From assembly GCA_030390025.1 (NCBI GenBank), contig CM059432.1, positions 87,856,001-87,920,000 on the forward strand: DNA of 64,000 nt, given 5' to 3'. Both the position numbers and the translations under genes were made by a program. How positions within the stretch are numbered: the first letter of the stretch is position 1; each line of letters starts with the position of its first letter. Below the pieces are notes generated by a model. The model was not told the DNA's origin. It was given only the letters and a program-made list of their open reading frames with translations, and did not search any database. Below, one piece after another: positions 36,130-50,320 of this stretch. The DNA is from Squalus acanthias (Eukaryota).

Positions 36130-37974
36130 TCTTTCTGTCCTACCCACTGAAGTTGTTATATAGTAGAAACTACAAATTAAAGTTTAGATGAATAAATACT
36201 TAGCTTTCTCTGGCCGCCACTGCTCCTCGCTTGTAGGTTGTTGTTGCTTTTGTTGTTTGTTGCTTTTTCTTTGGTGGTTGCAAACAGGGTGGATAGGAAA
36301 AATAATCCCATGAGTCTGTTGGAGCTTTTACTATGGAAATGAAGGTGGTTGACTCACCTGCTAGCACTTCTAAATAGTTGTGACACCCTATGCAAACCCC
36401 TGGCCTACCATTCGCTGAATCACGCTGTATCCCAGCATTCATCCACGCTGAAATGCGTCTATTATGTTACGCTTGTAATGCTTCATATGTTGCCTTTGTT
36501 TCTATTGGCAAACACTGTGCCACTGAATGCCAGCCTTTGCCTACAAAGATCAACTGTGGCTTCAGCACAGAAGACTGAACCACTGTTGACCTTATTCTGT
36601 TGTGTCTACATTTCATGTACTGTGGGAAAGCAAAATTGCTTTAATCCATTATGCCACATCTATTAATTTCTGTACATGACAATACTTCTTTCACAACCCA
36701 AAGTATAAAACATGTGACCCTTTGGTTGTATATGAAACAATTTCTTCCTGGGAATCATTGGTGCCCTTCTGTTTAAGTTCAAATGGCTCATCAAAGTTTG
36801 ACGCAGATGAGACAAAGAGCTCACATTGCTCCTATTACGTTATTCTGACTTTTATTAGTAATTGGACAAACAGAATCAGCATGTGGCAGTTGGAACATGG
36901 CATTTCATGGTAAAATATGCACCTTTGAAATGTGCTTCATAAAAATCTGTCGAATTTTCTACTCAAAAGAAACATTTTGTTTTCAATCTCTTTATTGCCA
37001 AAGTCAACCAATCGTGTAGTGTTGGGCTCAAGCCAACTTTCGTTTGTACAATCAAGTAAAATTTGGAAGGCTAATAAATTGGAGCACTTTATTTACACTA
37101 CTATTATAAAGTGATTCTTTAAAAATATTGCTTGTCTAAATTATTCCCCTCCTCACTTCAGGCTGGGATAGGGTTCCATGGGCTCTGACCATCCTCTGGT
37201 AACTCATGCAACAAAAACTTGCATTTATACAGCACCTGTAATGTAATGAATTGTCCCAAAGCATTTTGCAAAGGTGAAACTGGACACTGAGCAATGAGAC
37301 GAGAAAATTTAGGGGAGGGGACTGATGGTAGAAGTGGCCATTTGTCAATGCTGCATTACCTGGAGATTTGGCAAGGGATCTTAAAGAGGCAGAAAAGCAT
37401 CGAAGGTGAATGAAGATGCAGATTTGTAGGCCTTATCAGATAATGATGCCTAAAAATGTAACTGTATGGGAGCCAGATTGGAGGGAGAGGGAGGCCTTTA
37501 CTAGGCCCTCTCCTTCCATTAACAAACACTGGAGCCTTACTGCTGCTGCTCTGGGCCTACAACTATCGTCTACCAGGTGGTCTTAGAAAGTGTCGATAAG
37601 AAGGATAGATAGGAGGAGAGTGGGCCAGGAAGCTGGGTCTTGTTCCCCCACCAACACTTACATGAAATGGGTAGGGAATGAATGACTGCTGGCAGACCTG
37701 GTGGAGGTGTAAATTGGGGGTCGGAAATTGAGGTCTGCACAGGGAAGCGGCTGTAGGCCTCATCGCCTCATTTTCCCACCATTTCTACTGCTCTCCTGCC
37801 TAATTTTAGGTGGGACAGCAGAGCAATATTGAGCTCTGAGTGACAGCAAATAATTCGGTTGTGGGAGACATCACTCAATATCCACACACCGCAAACTTCT
37901 AGCAGGGCTCATCGGATAGAAATCAGGAGCAGGGATATTCTTATGCTGCCTTACTATAGTTCTTAAAGCTGCTG

Positions 37975-39110
37975 ATAGAATCATAGAATCATAGAATGGT
38001 TACAGCACGGAAGAAGGCCATTCGGCCCGTCGAGCCCGTGCCAGCTCTCTGCAAGAGCACTTCAGCTAGTCCCAATCCCCCGCCCTTTCCCCATAGCCCT
38101 GCAAATGTTTTTCTTCAGGTACTTATCCAACTCCCTTTTGAAAGGCATGATTGCGTCTGCCTCCACCACCCTTTCAGGCAGTGCATTCCACATCCTAACC
38201 ACTCGCTGCGTAAAAAAGTTTTTCCTCATGTTGCCTTTGGTTCTTTTGCCAATCACCTTAAATCTGTGTCCTCTGGTTTTCGACCCTTCTGCCAATGGGA
38301 ACAGTTTCTCTCTATCTACTCTGTCGAGAGCCCTCATGATTTTGAACACCTCTATCAAATCTCCTCTCAACCTTCTCTGCTCTAAGAAGAACAACCCCAG
38401 CTTCTCCAGTCTATCCATGTAACTGAAGTTCCTCATTCCTGGAAACATTCTCGTAAATCTTTTCTGCACCCTCTCTAAGGCCTTCACATCCTTTCGAAAG
38501 TGCGGAGCCCAGAATTGGCCACAATACTCCACTTGAGGCCGAACCAGTGTTTTATAAAGGTTCATCATAACTTCCTTGCTTTTGTACTCTATGCTTCTAC
38601 TTATGAAGCCCAGGATCCCGTATGCTTTATTAACCACTTTCTCAATCTGCCCTGCCACCTTCAACGATTTGTGCACATATACCCCCAGGTCTCTTTGTTC
38701 ATGCACCCCCTTTAGGATTTTACCGTTTACTTTATATTGCCTCTCTTCATTCCTCCTACCAAAATGTAACACTTCGCATTTTTCTGCAGTAAATTTCATC
38801 TGCCACGTGTCCGCCCATTTCGCCAGCCTGTCTATGTCTTCTTGAAGTCTATCACTATCCTCCTCACGGTTCACTATACTTCCAAGTTTTGTGTCATCTG
38901 CAAATTTTGAAATTGTGCCCTGTACACCCAAGTCCAAGTCATTAATATATATCAAGAAAAGCAGTGGGCCTAGTACTGACCCCTGGGGAACACCACTGTA
39001 TACCTTCATCCAGTCCGAAAAACAACCGTTCACTACTATTCTCTGCTTCCTGTCACTTAGCCAATTTCATATCCATACTGCTGCTGTCCCATTTATTCCA
39101 TGGGATTTAA
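37975..39110 (-). mobile_element. CR1 LINE 3' part (second subfamily, (ATTCTATG)n tail)
   Basis: ORF 38062-39033 GVPQGSVLGP...FADD...; tail (CATAGAAT)n on the + strand. Confidence 0.95.
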
Positions 39111-41690
39111 CATAGAAACATAGAAAAATAGGAGCAGGAGTAGGCCATTCGGCCCTTCGAGCCTGCTCCGCCATTCAATACGATCATGGCTGACCTCTAT
39201 CTCAATACCATATTCCCGCTCTCTCCCCATACCCCTTGATGCCTTTTGTGTCTAGAAATCTATCTATCTCCTTCTTAAATATATTCAGTGACTTGGCCTC
39301 CACAGTCTTCTGTGGTAGAGAATTCCACAGGTTCACCACCCTCTGAGTGAAGAAATTTCTCCTCATCTCAGTCCTAAATCTCCTACCACGTATCCTGAGA
39401 CTGTGACCCCTCATTCTAGACCCCCCAGCTGGGGGAAACATCCTCCCTGCATCCAGTCTGTCTAGCTCTGTCAGAATTTTATATGTTTCCACGAGTTCCC
39501 CTTTCATTCTTCTAAACTCTAGTGAATACAGGCCTAGTTGACCCAATCTCTCCTCATACGACAGTCCTGCCATCCCAGGAATCAGTCTGGTGAACCTTCG
39601 CTGCACTCCCTCTATGGCAAGTATATCCTTTCTTAGGTAAGGAGACCAAAACTGCACACAGTACTCCAGGTGTGGTCTCACCAAGGCCCTGTATAACTGT
39701 AGTAAGACATCCTTGCTCCTGTACTCAAATCCTCTTGCAATGAAGGCCAACATGCCATTTGCCTTCCTAACTGCTTGCTGCACCTGCATGTTTGCTTTCA
39801 GTGACTGGTGTACAAGGACACCAAGGTCCCTTTGTACATCAACATTTCCCAATCTATCACCATTTAAATAATACTCCGCCTTTCTGTTTTTCCTACCGAA
39901 GTAGATAACTTCACATTTGTCCACGTTATACTGCATCTGCCATATATATGCCCACTCACTCAACTTGTCTAAATCGCCTTGAAGCCTCTTGGCATCCTCC
40001 TCACAACTCACAATCCCACCTAGTTTTGTGTCATCAGCAAACTTGGAAATATTACATTTGGTTCCCTCATCCAAATCATTGATATGTATTGTGAATAGCT
40101 GGGGCCCACTAGTACCCCACTAGTCACCGCCTGCCACCCCGAAAAAGACCCATTTATTCCTACTCTCTGTTTCCTGTCTGTTAACCAATTTTCAATCCAT
40201 GCCAGTATATTACCCCCAATCCCATGTGCTTTAACTTTGCACACTAACCTCTTATGTGGGACTTTATCAAAGGCCTTCTGAAAATCCAAATACACCATAT
40301 CCACTGGTTTTTCCTTATCTATTCTACCAGTGACATCCTCAAAAAACTCCAGTAGGTTTGTCAAACACGATTTCCCTTTCATAAATCCATGTTGACTTTG
40401 TCTAATCCCGTTGATGTTTTCTAAATGTCCTGTTATCACATCCTTTATAATAGACTGTAGCATTTTCCCTACTACTGATGTTAGGCTAACTGGTCTGTAG
40501 TTCCCTGTTTTCTCCCTCCCTCCTTTTTTAAAGAGTGGGGTTACATTTACCACCCTCCAATCTGCAGGAACTGTTCCATAATCTATAGAATTTTGAAAGA
40601 TGACAACCAATGCATCCATTATTTCCATGGCTACCTCTTTTAGTACTCTGGGCTGCATATTATCAGGCCCTGGGGATTTATCAGCTTTCAGTCCCATTAA
40701 TTTCTCCAGCACTATTTTTTTACTAATACTAATTTCCTTTAATTCCTCCTTCTCACTAGACTCTTGGTTCCCTAGCATTTCTGGGAAGTTATTTGTGTCC
40801 TCTTCTGTGAAGACAGAACCAAAGTATTTGTTTAATTGCTCTGCCATTTCCTTGTTCCCCATTATAAATTCTCCCATTTCTGACTGTAAGGGACCTACAT
40901 TTGTCTTCACTAATCTTTTTCTTCTTACATACTTGTAGAAGCTTTTACAATCCGCTTTTATGTTCCTTGCAAGTTTACTCTCATACTCTATTTTTCCCCT
41001 CTTAATCAATCTCTTGGTTCTTTTTTGCTGGAGTCTAAACTGCTCCCAATCCTCAGGCTTGCTACTTTTTCTGTCAACTTTATATGACTCCTCTTTGGAT
41101 CTAATACTATCCTTAATTTCTTTTGTTAGCCATGGTTCGGACGCTTTTCCTTTTGTGTTTTTGCGCCAGAAAGGAATGTATAACTGTTGTAATTCATGCA
41201 TTCATTCCTTAAATGTTAGCCATTGCCTATCCACTGTCATGCCTTGTAATGAAGCTCCCCAATCTATCATAGCCAACTCACTCCTCATACCTTCGTAGTT
41301 TCCTTTGTTTAGATTTAGGACCCTAGTTTCAGATTGGACTTCTTTACTTTCCATCTTAATGAAGTATTCTATCATGTTATGGTCACTCTTCCCTAAAGGA
41401 CCCTGTACAACAAGATTATTCATTAACCCTTCTCATTGCACAATACCCAATGTAGGATAGCCTGTTCCCTAGTTGGCTCCTCAATGTACTGGTCTAAAAA
41501 AACATTTCGTACACACTCCAGGAATTCATTCTCCACAGTATTATTGCTAATTTGGTTTGGCCAGTCTATATGTAGATTAAAGTCACCCATGATTACTGTA
41601 GTACGCTTGTTACATGCATCTCTAATTTCCTGTTTGATGCCATCCCCTACATTACCACTACTGTTTGGAGGGCTATAGACAACTCCCACC
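39111..41690 (-). mobile_element. Young-looking CR1 LINE, 5'-truncated within the APE domain
   Basis: ORFs 41423-41740, 40020-41201 and 39202-40074 tile ORF2 with few disruptions; (TTTCTATG)n tail. Confidence 0.95.
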
Positions 41691-42110
41691 AATATTTTGC
41701 CTGCCAAGCTTTGATTCCAATTTACCCGGGCCAGATCCATTCTTAACCCACTGAAATTGGCCTTCCTTCAATTAAGTATTTTTACTCTAGATTGCTCCCT
41801 GTCCTTTTCCATAGCTAATCCAAATCTTATGATACTATGATCACTGCTCCCTAAATGTTCCCCTGCTGACACTTGCTCCACTTGACCCACCTCATTTCCC
41901 AGAACCAGATCCAGCAATGCCTCCTTCCTCATTGGGCTGGAAAAGTACTGATCAAGAAATTTCTCCTGAACACACTTCAGAAATTCTTCCCCCTCTCTGC
42001 CCTTTACACTATTACTATCCCAGTCTCTATTAGGATAATTGAAGTCCCCCATTATCACTACTCTATAATTCTTGCACCTCTCTATAATTTCCCTGCAAAT
42101 TTGCTCCTCT
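41691..42110 (-). mobile_element. CR1 APE-domain fragment
   Basis: IMGDFNYP...LLDLVLGNE...SDHSIIRF. Confidence 0.85.
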
Positions 42111-42309
42111 CAGTATACGAGATACATATACTGATTGTCTTTCTGTCTAAATCATCACGATTCAGTTTTGAAATGCTAAAGTTATTGCAGTTCTCAATGA
42201 TTTAACAATGAGCAAACAAATGACAAGGAACAACATATAAGCAGTAAGTATTGTAATTGAAATACCAAAGAAGGGGCAAAGGCAACTGAGGGTGCAATTA
42301 ACAAAACAA

Positions 42310-43284
42310 GGGGATTATTTTGGTGAAAGGGTGAAAATAGGCACTAAGTGGGTGCTGGGCTAATAAGACACGCCTGTTTGAAAGTCTGGTTTAGCAATTT
42401 TGGACCTAATTGCTGATTACTGATTTGAACTTGCCTGGAGGTGCTAAAACAGACATCTGCAGGTTTAGCACTCAAGTGCTGATTAGAATCAATTTTCGTG
42501 GAGCAGTATATTTGGGCTCCACGCATCCACTTCAACTGAAGATATGAGATACAAGAGCAGGTTTCAGGATGGCTGAGGGAGAGGGAACACAGGTTCTCGG
42601 ACGCGGCACTAGAGGCTCTGGTGGAGAAGGTCCAGAGGAAGAGGAAAGTCCTGTACCCGCAGGGGGAAGGAGCCCACCTCGCCCTCCTGTCCCTCTCCCC
42701 TGCAGCAGTTGGTGCTGCTCTGCCTGGCCTCATGTCCTCCTCCCATTCCTCCTCTAGACCAAGGGGGGACCCCTAGCAAGATGTCCATGACCAAGCACTC
42801 CCTTTCTCCTGGTGACTCCTATAAGGTGTCCAATTAGGTAGAGCAGCACAGCACTCACTCTTTTTAGGTGAAGTCCTCAGAGAATTTCCGGGATAAATGT
42901 TGATAGAGTGTTGAAGTCTTGAGCATAAAGTCTCGTGATGTGTTTCAAAAGTCCTCTTCAAACCTCCAGCAGCAATTGCTCAGTGAAAGGTGAGTATCCC
43001 TTTTAAGTAGCGCTCGAAATCCTCAGCGACGACTTGTTTACTCCTATTCAGCTAGTCGCTGTTAGAAGAGGGCATTAGTTCAATTGCTAGCCACGAAAAT
43101 GTCATGCAGCCTCTGTAATGGGTGCTTAGAGACAATTAGCCTCTTAACGATTCTCCGGGTGGCTGTTCCTAGCGCGCGCTTCAACTCCTTTGCAAAGGTG
43201 GCATCTTGCACTAAAGGCAAGCTAAACCATGACCCCATCTTGGCCACCTTGGAGGCTCTAAAGTATCTGGGGAAAATCACCCCC
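42310..43284. mobile_element. Internally deleted (non-autonomous) Harbinger
   Basis: TIR-like ends GGGGATTATTTT / AAAATCACCCC(C) with CAA on both flanks. Left half matches the Myb end and right half the transposase end of the element at 56237-60389. Confidence 0.8.
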
Positions 43285-45234
43285 AAATGTTTAAATTAAA
43301 ACAAAAAAACTACTGGGGTTCTGCAATTTTGAAGGAAAAACAACAGAGGGCTCAGAAACAATTGATAAAGCAGGATGAGAATGAAAGAAAATAGAATGTT
43401 AGGCTAGAGGGAGCAGTGAAAATTCATGTGCACCCTATTAGATATGATGTAGTAACATCATGTCCACATAGGAGGATTTGTACTGTGAATAGATAAGGTG
43501 GACAAATGCCATGCAATGTCAGTTGACCTTGGATGACATGTGGAGGCTAGAGCCAGCATAGACTAAAAAACTACAAAATTCAGTTTATGAGCATCTACGC
43601 ATTTTAGGTGATTCTTATAATATTTACAATAAGATAATTCTGCTGCCAAGAAGAGTTATTTAATCAAGACCTGTCTTCTGGATGCTGAAGATTATCCCCT
43701 TCACTCCAGCACAACTTAACTGGAATAGAAAAGATGAGAAGACTATTGAAGACGTCATAGCGTAGATTATCCAATCAGTCATGAGATCAACCAGAAGTTG
43801 GGTGGTGTGCAATTGCACCCGCCTGCCTGTAGTGCACTAACTTCAAACAATAATCGAGCTCTAGGCAATTCATTGTGAGTTTGCCCATTGGGGCAGAAAA
43901 TTATGCACTGCTGCAGGATTTCAAGTTTAAAGGGGCAGGAATCCAATTTTTCAAAGGCTGCATGATGGAAAGATTCTATGCCCAAAACAATACGTACAAG
44001 TGGGGTTGGCCACAGAGTGGTTAAGTTCTCTGATGGGACCATCTATATAAACTCTTTTTAGGGAAATGCAGCAGAGAAAGGGAATCCTCTTTGGCCCTCA
44101 AGGAGAGCACCCTAGAGAAAATGGAAGGATGTAGCCACCAGTGTAAATGTTTCCTCTGCAACACTGCAGGTCAGCCAAGGTAGGAGAACTTTTAATAATG
44201 CATTGTAATAAACAGGCATGGTACTTGCAGTTACACCTCCCTCACATTGTCTTAAAGTATTTTCAAATCTTACCATGAATACCCACAACAGTACAGGATG
44301 CCATTCACACTCCCAGCCTTTACCTAGAAGCGTTTCTTCATTTGTCTCCTTACATGGATTCAACTCAAAAGAATCCTAAGTGCTGAAGATCAGCTCTGAA
44401 TCAACAGGATTAATAACATTTTCAGATGTCTGGAGGGATGGGGGATGGGGAATGTTACAGCAGCCTGTCACATAACATTAGGGGAAGTCCCACTTTATGA
44501 AGTGGCTCATGTAATGTCATGCTAACAGTGTCATCTACAGAGACAATTAAAAAAGATACAGTTACCACAAACCACTTTTAATATATAGTTGACAGATACT
44601 ATTAAAATGAAATGCAATGTGTACACTTCCTGTCCACATATGTTACTTCCTGTAACACTTTTAACGTCAACGTTTATGATTAAACTTTCTATGCAAACAT
44701 GTTTAGCGGGTTTCTGCATATAAACATTTTATAATGGGGAAACCAAATCTAAACAGACACATTACAGTTTGTTGATGCACCAAACAAACTGCTCAAAAAT
44801 GTTTTTGGAAAATAAATTACCAACAATTATTTTCTCAATAACTGAAATTTCTATTCTTCAAAATAGGATTATAAATATCATTGAAAATTCACAAAATACA
44901 CATTTTAAAATAACATTGCTCTAAACTGCAACAGTGGCTACACTTCTCTGGATGTGAAGTATTTGGGACATCCTGAGGTTCTGAAAGATGCTATATAAAT
45001 GTTGGTTCTTTCTTTCGTAACAAGATTGAAATTATCCATTAAATTGTTTCTTTTCCTGTCTTTTAATACTTTCATTAAAGCTTTTACTTAAAAGCCAAAG
45101 CCTCGTTCAAATGCCTGGGCTTGGATTTGATATTTTTGCCCAGAGTGATGACTGTTGTTTGAGGGCAAAAGGTAGATCCTGCAGTCTGAGCATGTGCAGT
45201 GTGTACAATATCCCAGGATGCATTAGTAGCACTT

Positions 45235-46390
45235 GAACTGCTCTGACGATGCCACTTTCCATACTAATGCTTCCGACATGTCTTCGTTTTCCTCAACCGA
45301 GGATTCCCCTCTACTGTGGTTGACACGGCCCTTGACCGTGTCCGTTCTATTTCCCGCACTTCTGCTCTCACCCCTTCCCCTCCCTCCCGGAACCACGGTC
45401 CTCACCTTTCACCCCACCAGCCTTCACATTCAACAGATCATCCTCCGCCATTTCCGCCACCTCCAGCGTGATCCCACCATCAAACACATCTTCCCCTCAA
45501 CTCCCCTTTCAGCATTCCGAAGGGACCGTTCCCTCCGCGACACCCTGGTCCTCTCCTCTATCACCCCCAACACCCCTTCCCCTTCGCCTGGCACCTTCCC
45601 GTGCAAGCGCAGGAGATACAACACATGCCCTTTTATCTCCTCCCTTCCCACTGTCCAGGGCCCCAAATACTCCTTCCAGGTGAAACAGCGATTTACTTGT
45701 ACTTCTTGCAATTTAATATACTGTATTCGCTGCTCACGATGCGGTCTCCTCTACATTGGGAAGACCAAACGTAGATTGGGTGACCGCTTTGCGAAACACC
45801 TCCATTCAGTCCGTAAGGTTGACCCTGAGCTTCCGGTCGCCTGTCACTTTAATTCACCGCTCCACTCTCACTCAGACCTCACCATCCTCGGCCTCTTACA
45901 CTGTTCCAATGAAGCTCAACGTAAGCTTGAGGAACAGCACCTCATCTTTCAACATCAAGTTCAACAATTTCAGACCATAACCTCTGCCCCTATCTTTTTT
46001 TTCCATTTTATTTTCTCTCTCACATGGCAGGTGTCTTTCATTCTGCCATTGCCATTTACACTTCATCTAGAGCCATCTTTTGTTTCTTAACTTGTCCCAT
46101 TACCATCTCCTTTTGCCTTGCACCATCATCCCTTTTGTCTCTTAATCTCTCCTGCCTTTTATCCTATCACAGAACTTCCCTTTTGTTCTTTCTGCCCCGC
46201 CCCCCTTTCCCTGCCCCTACACTTGCTTAAAAACCTGTTCCATCTCCAGCTTTTTCCAGTTCTGATGAAGGGTCATCGACCTGAAACGTTAATTCTGTTT
46301 CTCTCCACAGATGCTGCCTGACCTGCTGAGTATTCCCAGCATTTTCTCTTTTTATTTCAGATTTCCAGCATCCACAGTATTTTGCTTTTG
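45235..46390 (+). mobile_element. Penelope-like element 3' part: GIY-YIG endonuclease plus pseudo-LTR
   Basis: FPCKRRRYNTC...FTCTSCNLIYCIRCSRCGLLYIGKTKRRLGDRFAKH...VACHFN. Confidence 0.9.
46257..46294 (+). ncRNA. Minimal type I hammerhead ribozyme motif in the Penelope pseudo-LTR
   Basis: AGTT-CTGATGA-AGGGTC ATC GACCT-GAAA-CGTT-AATT. Confidence 0.7.
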
Positions 46391-47869
46391 TAAAATGATA
46401 AACTACTCTCTCAGTCTCTAGCAAAATCTATTTGGTTATTTTTCAAAATGATTTGAAGGTAGAGGACAATATTCAAAAGTTTTATTAAGGAAAAAATTGT
46501 ATTGAGTGTTTTTGAAAACAGAGGTTGTGTGTGAGAGAGAAAGAGCAAAAAAAGATGACAGACAGTACTGATTACACACCGTTGGAGCTTTAGTTTGGGC
46601 AGAAAGAGACAGACACAGAGGTACACTTTCAGGAACCAATTGCAAAACAACAAATTTAATATGGTAGAGATCTCTCAGGAAAGTTACAAACTTGCTGCCA
46701 GATCTAAGACCTCCCCCCTTCCCGCCCAAGCGCTATCAGGCTCATGCTCTTCCCCTCCCTTTACTGCTGACAGGAATCCACAAGTGAAAGTTAAAATCTG
46801 CTGCCTGGAATTCAATCCCCAAAATACCAATAGAAATCACAGAATTAGTAAAAATCCAATTTGACTTATTCAGTCATTGTAAACCAGTGGCCCTGATGTT
46901 CTGCCCTACATGGCATATACATATCTGATTGTTGTAAAACAATGATTCTGCTGACTCACAGTGAACAATGTCACGAGCGATCTGCTGTTCAGTGAAACTC
47001 TAAAATACTGATTCATTGGTAAACTGTTTAAAATTGAAATATCTGGTTAAGTGGAAAAATGGTGTTGGAAGGTCACAGGTTCGATCTTTGGTGTGGGCTT
47101 AGCTGGCTGATCTTGGGTGGCAGTGATAGGACACAACAATTTGCCTCAGTGTCACTGTGCTGAGGAAGAGGAAATTCAACCAGGAGGCCCATTCCTGAAT
47201 ACTATCCATTGTCTCCTGCTTGAAAGTGCACTTGTGTCTTAACCTCACTTTCAAAAGAACACCATCCTGCACCAATGCAACATTTTCATTTCTCACATTA
47301 GTCATTCTTTTAACCTCTGAGGCAGATTGCCAATTTACTGCCACATTTATGGGAAATGTTGTGCTGTGGACTCATGGCCATTATAAACACAGTTGAACCC
47401 GAGTCTGTCCAAACTTATTTCACTTGGGAAACATAGGACTGCCAGAGAGGAGCATTTCATCTCACTATGGTGGACTGATTGCAATCTAGATAACAGAAGT
47501 AAAAGGGTAGTGTAAAAGGTCACTGCAACAACTAGCTTTCCCTAAGTTTTCTATCTCAAGAGATTTACAGCAATCATCATTAGCTACTCCTTCCAAAAAT
47601 AATCATTCCAATGTTTAATATTAAAAAGTAGAAATATAGACAGTTGCTGAACAAAATGAAGCTTCTTAATCCCCCAAATTCGTAAAATAGACTCTCTATG
47701 TATGGATCGCCGGTAGAGTTGCTCATTGTAGGTCGATGTTACACTATTTTGTAAGGACAGCAAGCTTATACAATGTTTGAATAATGTATTACTCTGCTGT
47801 TGAGATGGAACTCAATCCTTTCATGTCCACAAAATGTAATTGTTATTAAGTAAAGAGAGCCTCAGGTCT

Positions 47870-49054
47870 TTTTTTTTAATTCATTATGGGATGTGGGCAT
47901 CACTGGCAAGGCCAGCATTTATTGCCCATCCCTAATTGCCCTTAAGAAAATGATGGTGAGTCACCTTCTTGAATTGTTGCAGTCCGTGTGGTGAAGGTAC
48001 TCCCACAGTGCTGTTAGGGAGGGAGTTCCAAGATTTTGACCCAACGACAATGAAGGAATGGCGATATACTTCTAAGTCAGGATGGTGTGTGACTTGGAGG
48101 GGAACCTGCAGGTAGTCGTGTTCCCATGCACCTGCTGCCCTTATCCTTCTAAGTGGTAGAGGTCACGTGATTGGGAGGTTCTGTCAAAGAAGCCTTGGCG
48201 AGTTGCTGCAATGCATCTTGTAGATGGTACACACTGCAGCCACGGTGCGCCGGTGGAGGAGGGAGTAAATGTTTAAGGTGGTAGATGGGGTGCCAATCAA
48301 GCAGGCTGCTTTTTCCTTGATGGTGTCAAGCTTCTTGAGTGTTGTTGGAGCTGCACTGATCCAGGCAAGTGGAGAGTATTCCATCACACTCCTGACTTGT
48401 GTCTTCTAGATGGTGGAAAGGCTTTGGGGAGTCAGGAGGTGAGACAATCGCCGAAGAATACCTAGCCTCTGACCTGCTCTTGTAGCCATATTATTTATGT
48501 AGCTGGTCCAGTTAAGCTTCTGGTCAATGGTGACCCCTAGGATGTTGATGTTGGGGCTTTCGACAATGGTAATGCCATTAAATGTTAAGGGGAGGTGGTT
48601 AGACTTTCTCTTGTTGGAGATGGTCATTGCCTGGCACTTGTGTGGAGTGACTGTTACTTGCCACTTATAAGCCCAAGCCTGGTTGTTGTCCAGGTCTTGC
48701 TGCATGCAGGCACGGACTGCTTCATTATCTGAGGAGTTGCAAACGGAACTGAACATTGTGCAATCATTAGCAAACATCCGCACTTCTGACCTTATGATGA
48801 AGGGAAGGTCATTGATGAAGCAGCTGAAGATGGTTGGGCCTAGGACACTGCTCTGAGGAACTTCTGCAGCGATGTCCTGGGGCTGAGATGATTGGTCTCC
48901 AACAACCACAACATCTTCCTTTGTGCTAGGTATGACTCCAGCCAGTGGAGAGTTTCCTCCCTGATTTCCATTGACTTGAATTTTACCAGGGCTCCTTGAT
49001 GCCACACTCGATCAAATACTGCCTTGATGTCAAGGGTAGTCACTCTCACCTCAC
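47870..49054 (-). mobile_element. LINE family B 3' half
   Basis: GEVRVTTLDIKAVFDRVWHQ...CFINDLP...MFAND...; A-tail. Confidence 0.9.
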
Positions 49055-49470
49055 CATAAGAACATAGGAACAGGATTGGGTCATTCAGGCCCTCGAGCCT
49101 GTTCCACCATTCAATTAGATCATGGCTGATCTGAATCTTAACTCCATCTACCCATCTTGGTTCTGTAACCCTTAATACTCTTGCTGAACAACAATCTATC
49201 AATCTCAGTTTTTAAATTTTCAATTGACCTAGCCTCAACAACTTTTGGAGGAGAGAGTTCCAGATTTCGATTAACCTTTGTGTGAGGAAGTACTTTCTGA
49301 CATCACCCCTGAACGGCCTAGCTCTAAATGTAAGGTTATGCCCCCTTATAGAATCATGCAGCACAGAAGGAGGCCTTTTGGCCCATTTTGCCTGTGCCGG
49401 CTCTTTGAAAGAGTTATCAGATTAGTCTCACTCTAGTCCCACTCCCCTGCTCTTTCTCCATACCCCGGTA
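49055..49470 (-). mobile_element. Two CR1 3'-end fragments
   Basis: CR1 3' UTR hairpin and tail sequences at 49055-49345 and 49348-49470. Confidence 0.75.
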
Positions 49471-50173
49471 AAGGTCAATCAGAGTCCAATTGTTGTTTGG
49501 TAAGAAAACGATGCAGATTGAGTGCCTGGCTTTCTCTCGCTCTCTTTTTTTTTAAAGGTTGTTTTGCATCTAGAACAAAGGAGGTAATTTTCTGCTTCAT
49601 GATCCCAGCAGGAAGACTCAACTGCCAGACATGCATGTCAGAAATGTCCTAACTATTAATTTGCACAGCGCATGCCTGAATTTCTGATAAGTAATCCCAG
49701 CAATGTTCCATGCTGTGAGTGCAAAAGCAGAAGTTACCTCTAAAGTGCTGTGTGATGTCAAGTGCGCAGCAACTTAAGTGTGACAGACAAAAAATACACT
49801 AAACCTTCAGATAAGACGTTAAACCGAAGGCTCCTAGCCGTGTTCAGGTGGATGTAGCAGTTCCATTGGAACTGACAGCTCACATAGGCACAGGCTCCTG
49901 ATGGAAAACATTGTTGTAACAATTTCAAACACAGAAAATACTATTCATGGTAAAATGGCCATTGAATAGTTATCAATTCTGCTGCTTTACAGTTTCCATG
50001 TAAATATGCACGTAATCATAAAATTTGAGCCTGAAAAAATTATTAACACTCCGACATAATCTAATCAAAATGCAGTTTGACTTATTCAATCACCATAAAT
50101 CAGTGATCTTGATCAAATATTTCACCTTAGACAGGTAGCCTATGATTCACTGAGCAAAGCCACTGGAGAGCTG

Positions 50174-50320
50174 GGGGGTGAATTTCCACAGGAGTTCTCC
50201 CGCTCGTCCACTGTACCCATGGAAACCCCAGAAAAATGGGGTAAGTGGCTATATGCTCTTTTTCAAAGGTTTCCATAGCCCTTCTGCCAAAATTTATGGC
50301 AGACTAGCAGGAGAACTCTG
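50174..50320. mobile_element. Small palindromic MITE
   Basis: GGGGGTGAATTT start; GAGTTCTCC...ATGGAAACC / GGTTTCCAT...GGAGAACTC inverted arms. Confidence 0.5.

Noticed and set aside
47050..47230. Possible additional SINE (GGTTCGATC B-box-like motif)
   Set aside because: No second copy, A box, tail or TSD is identifiable in the window.
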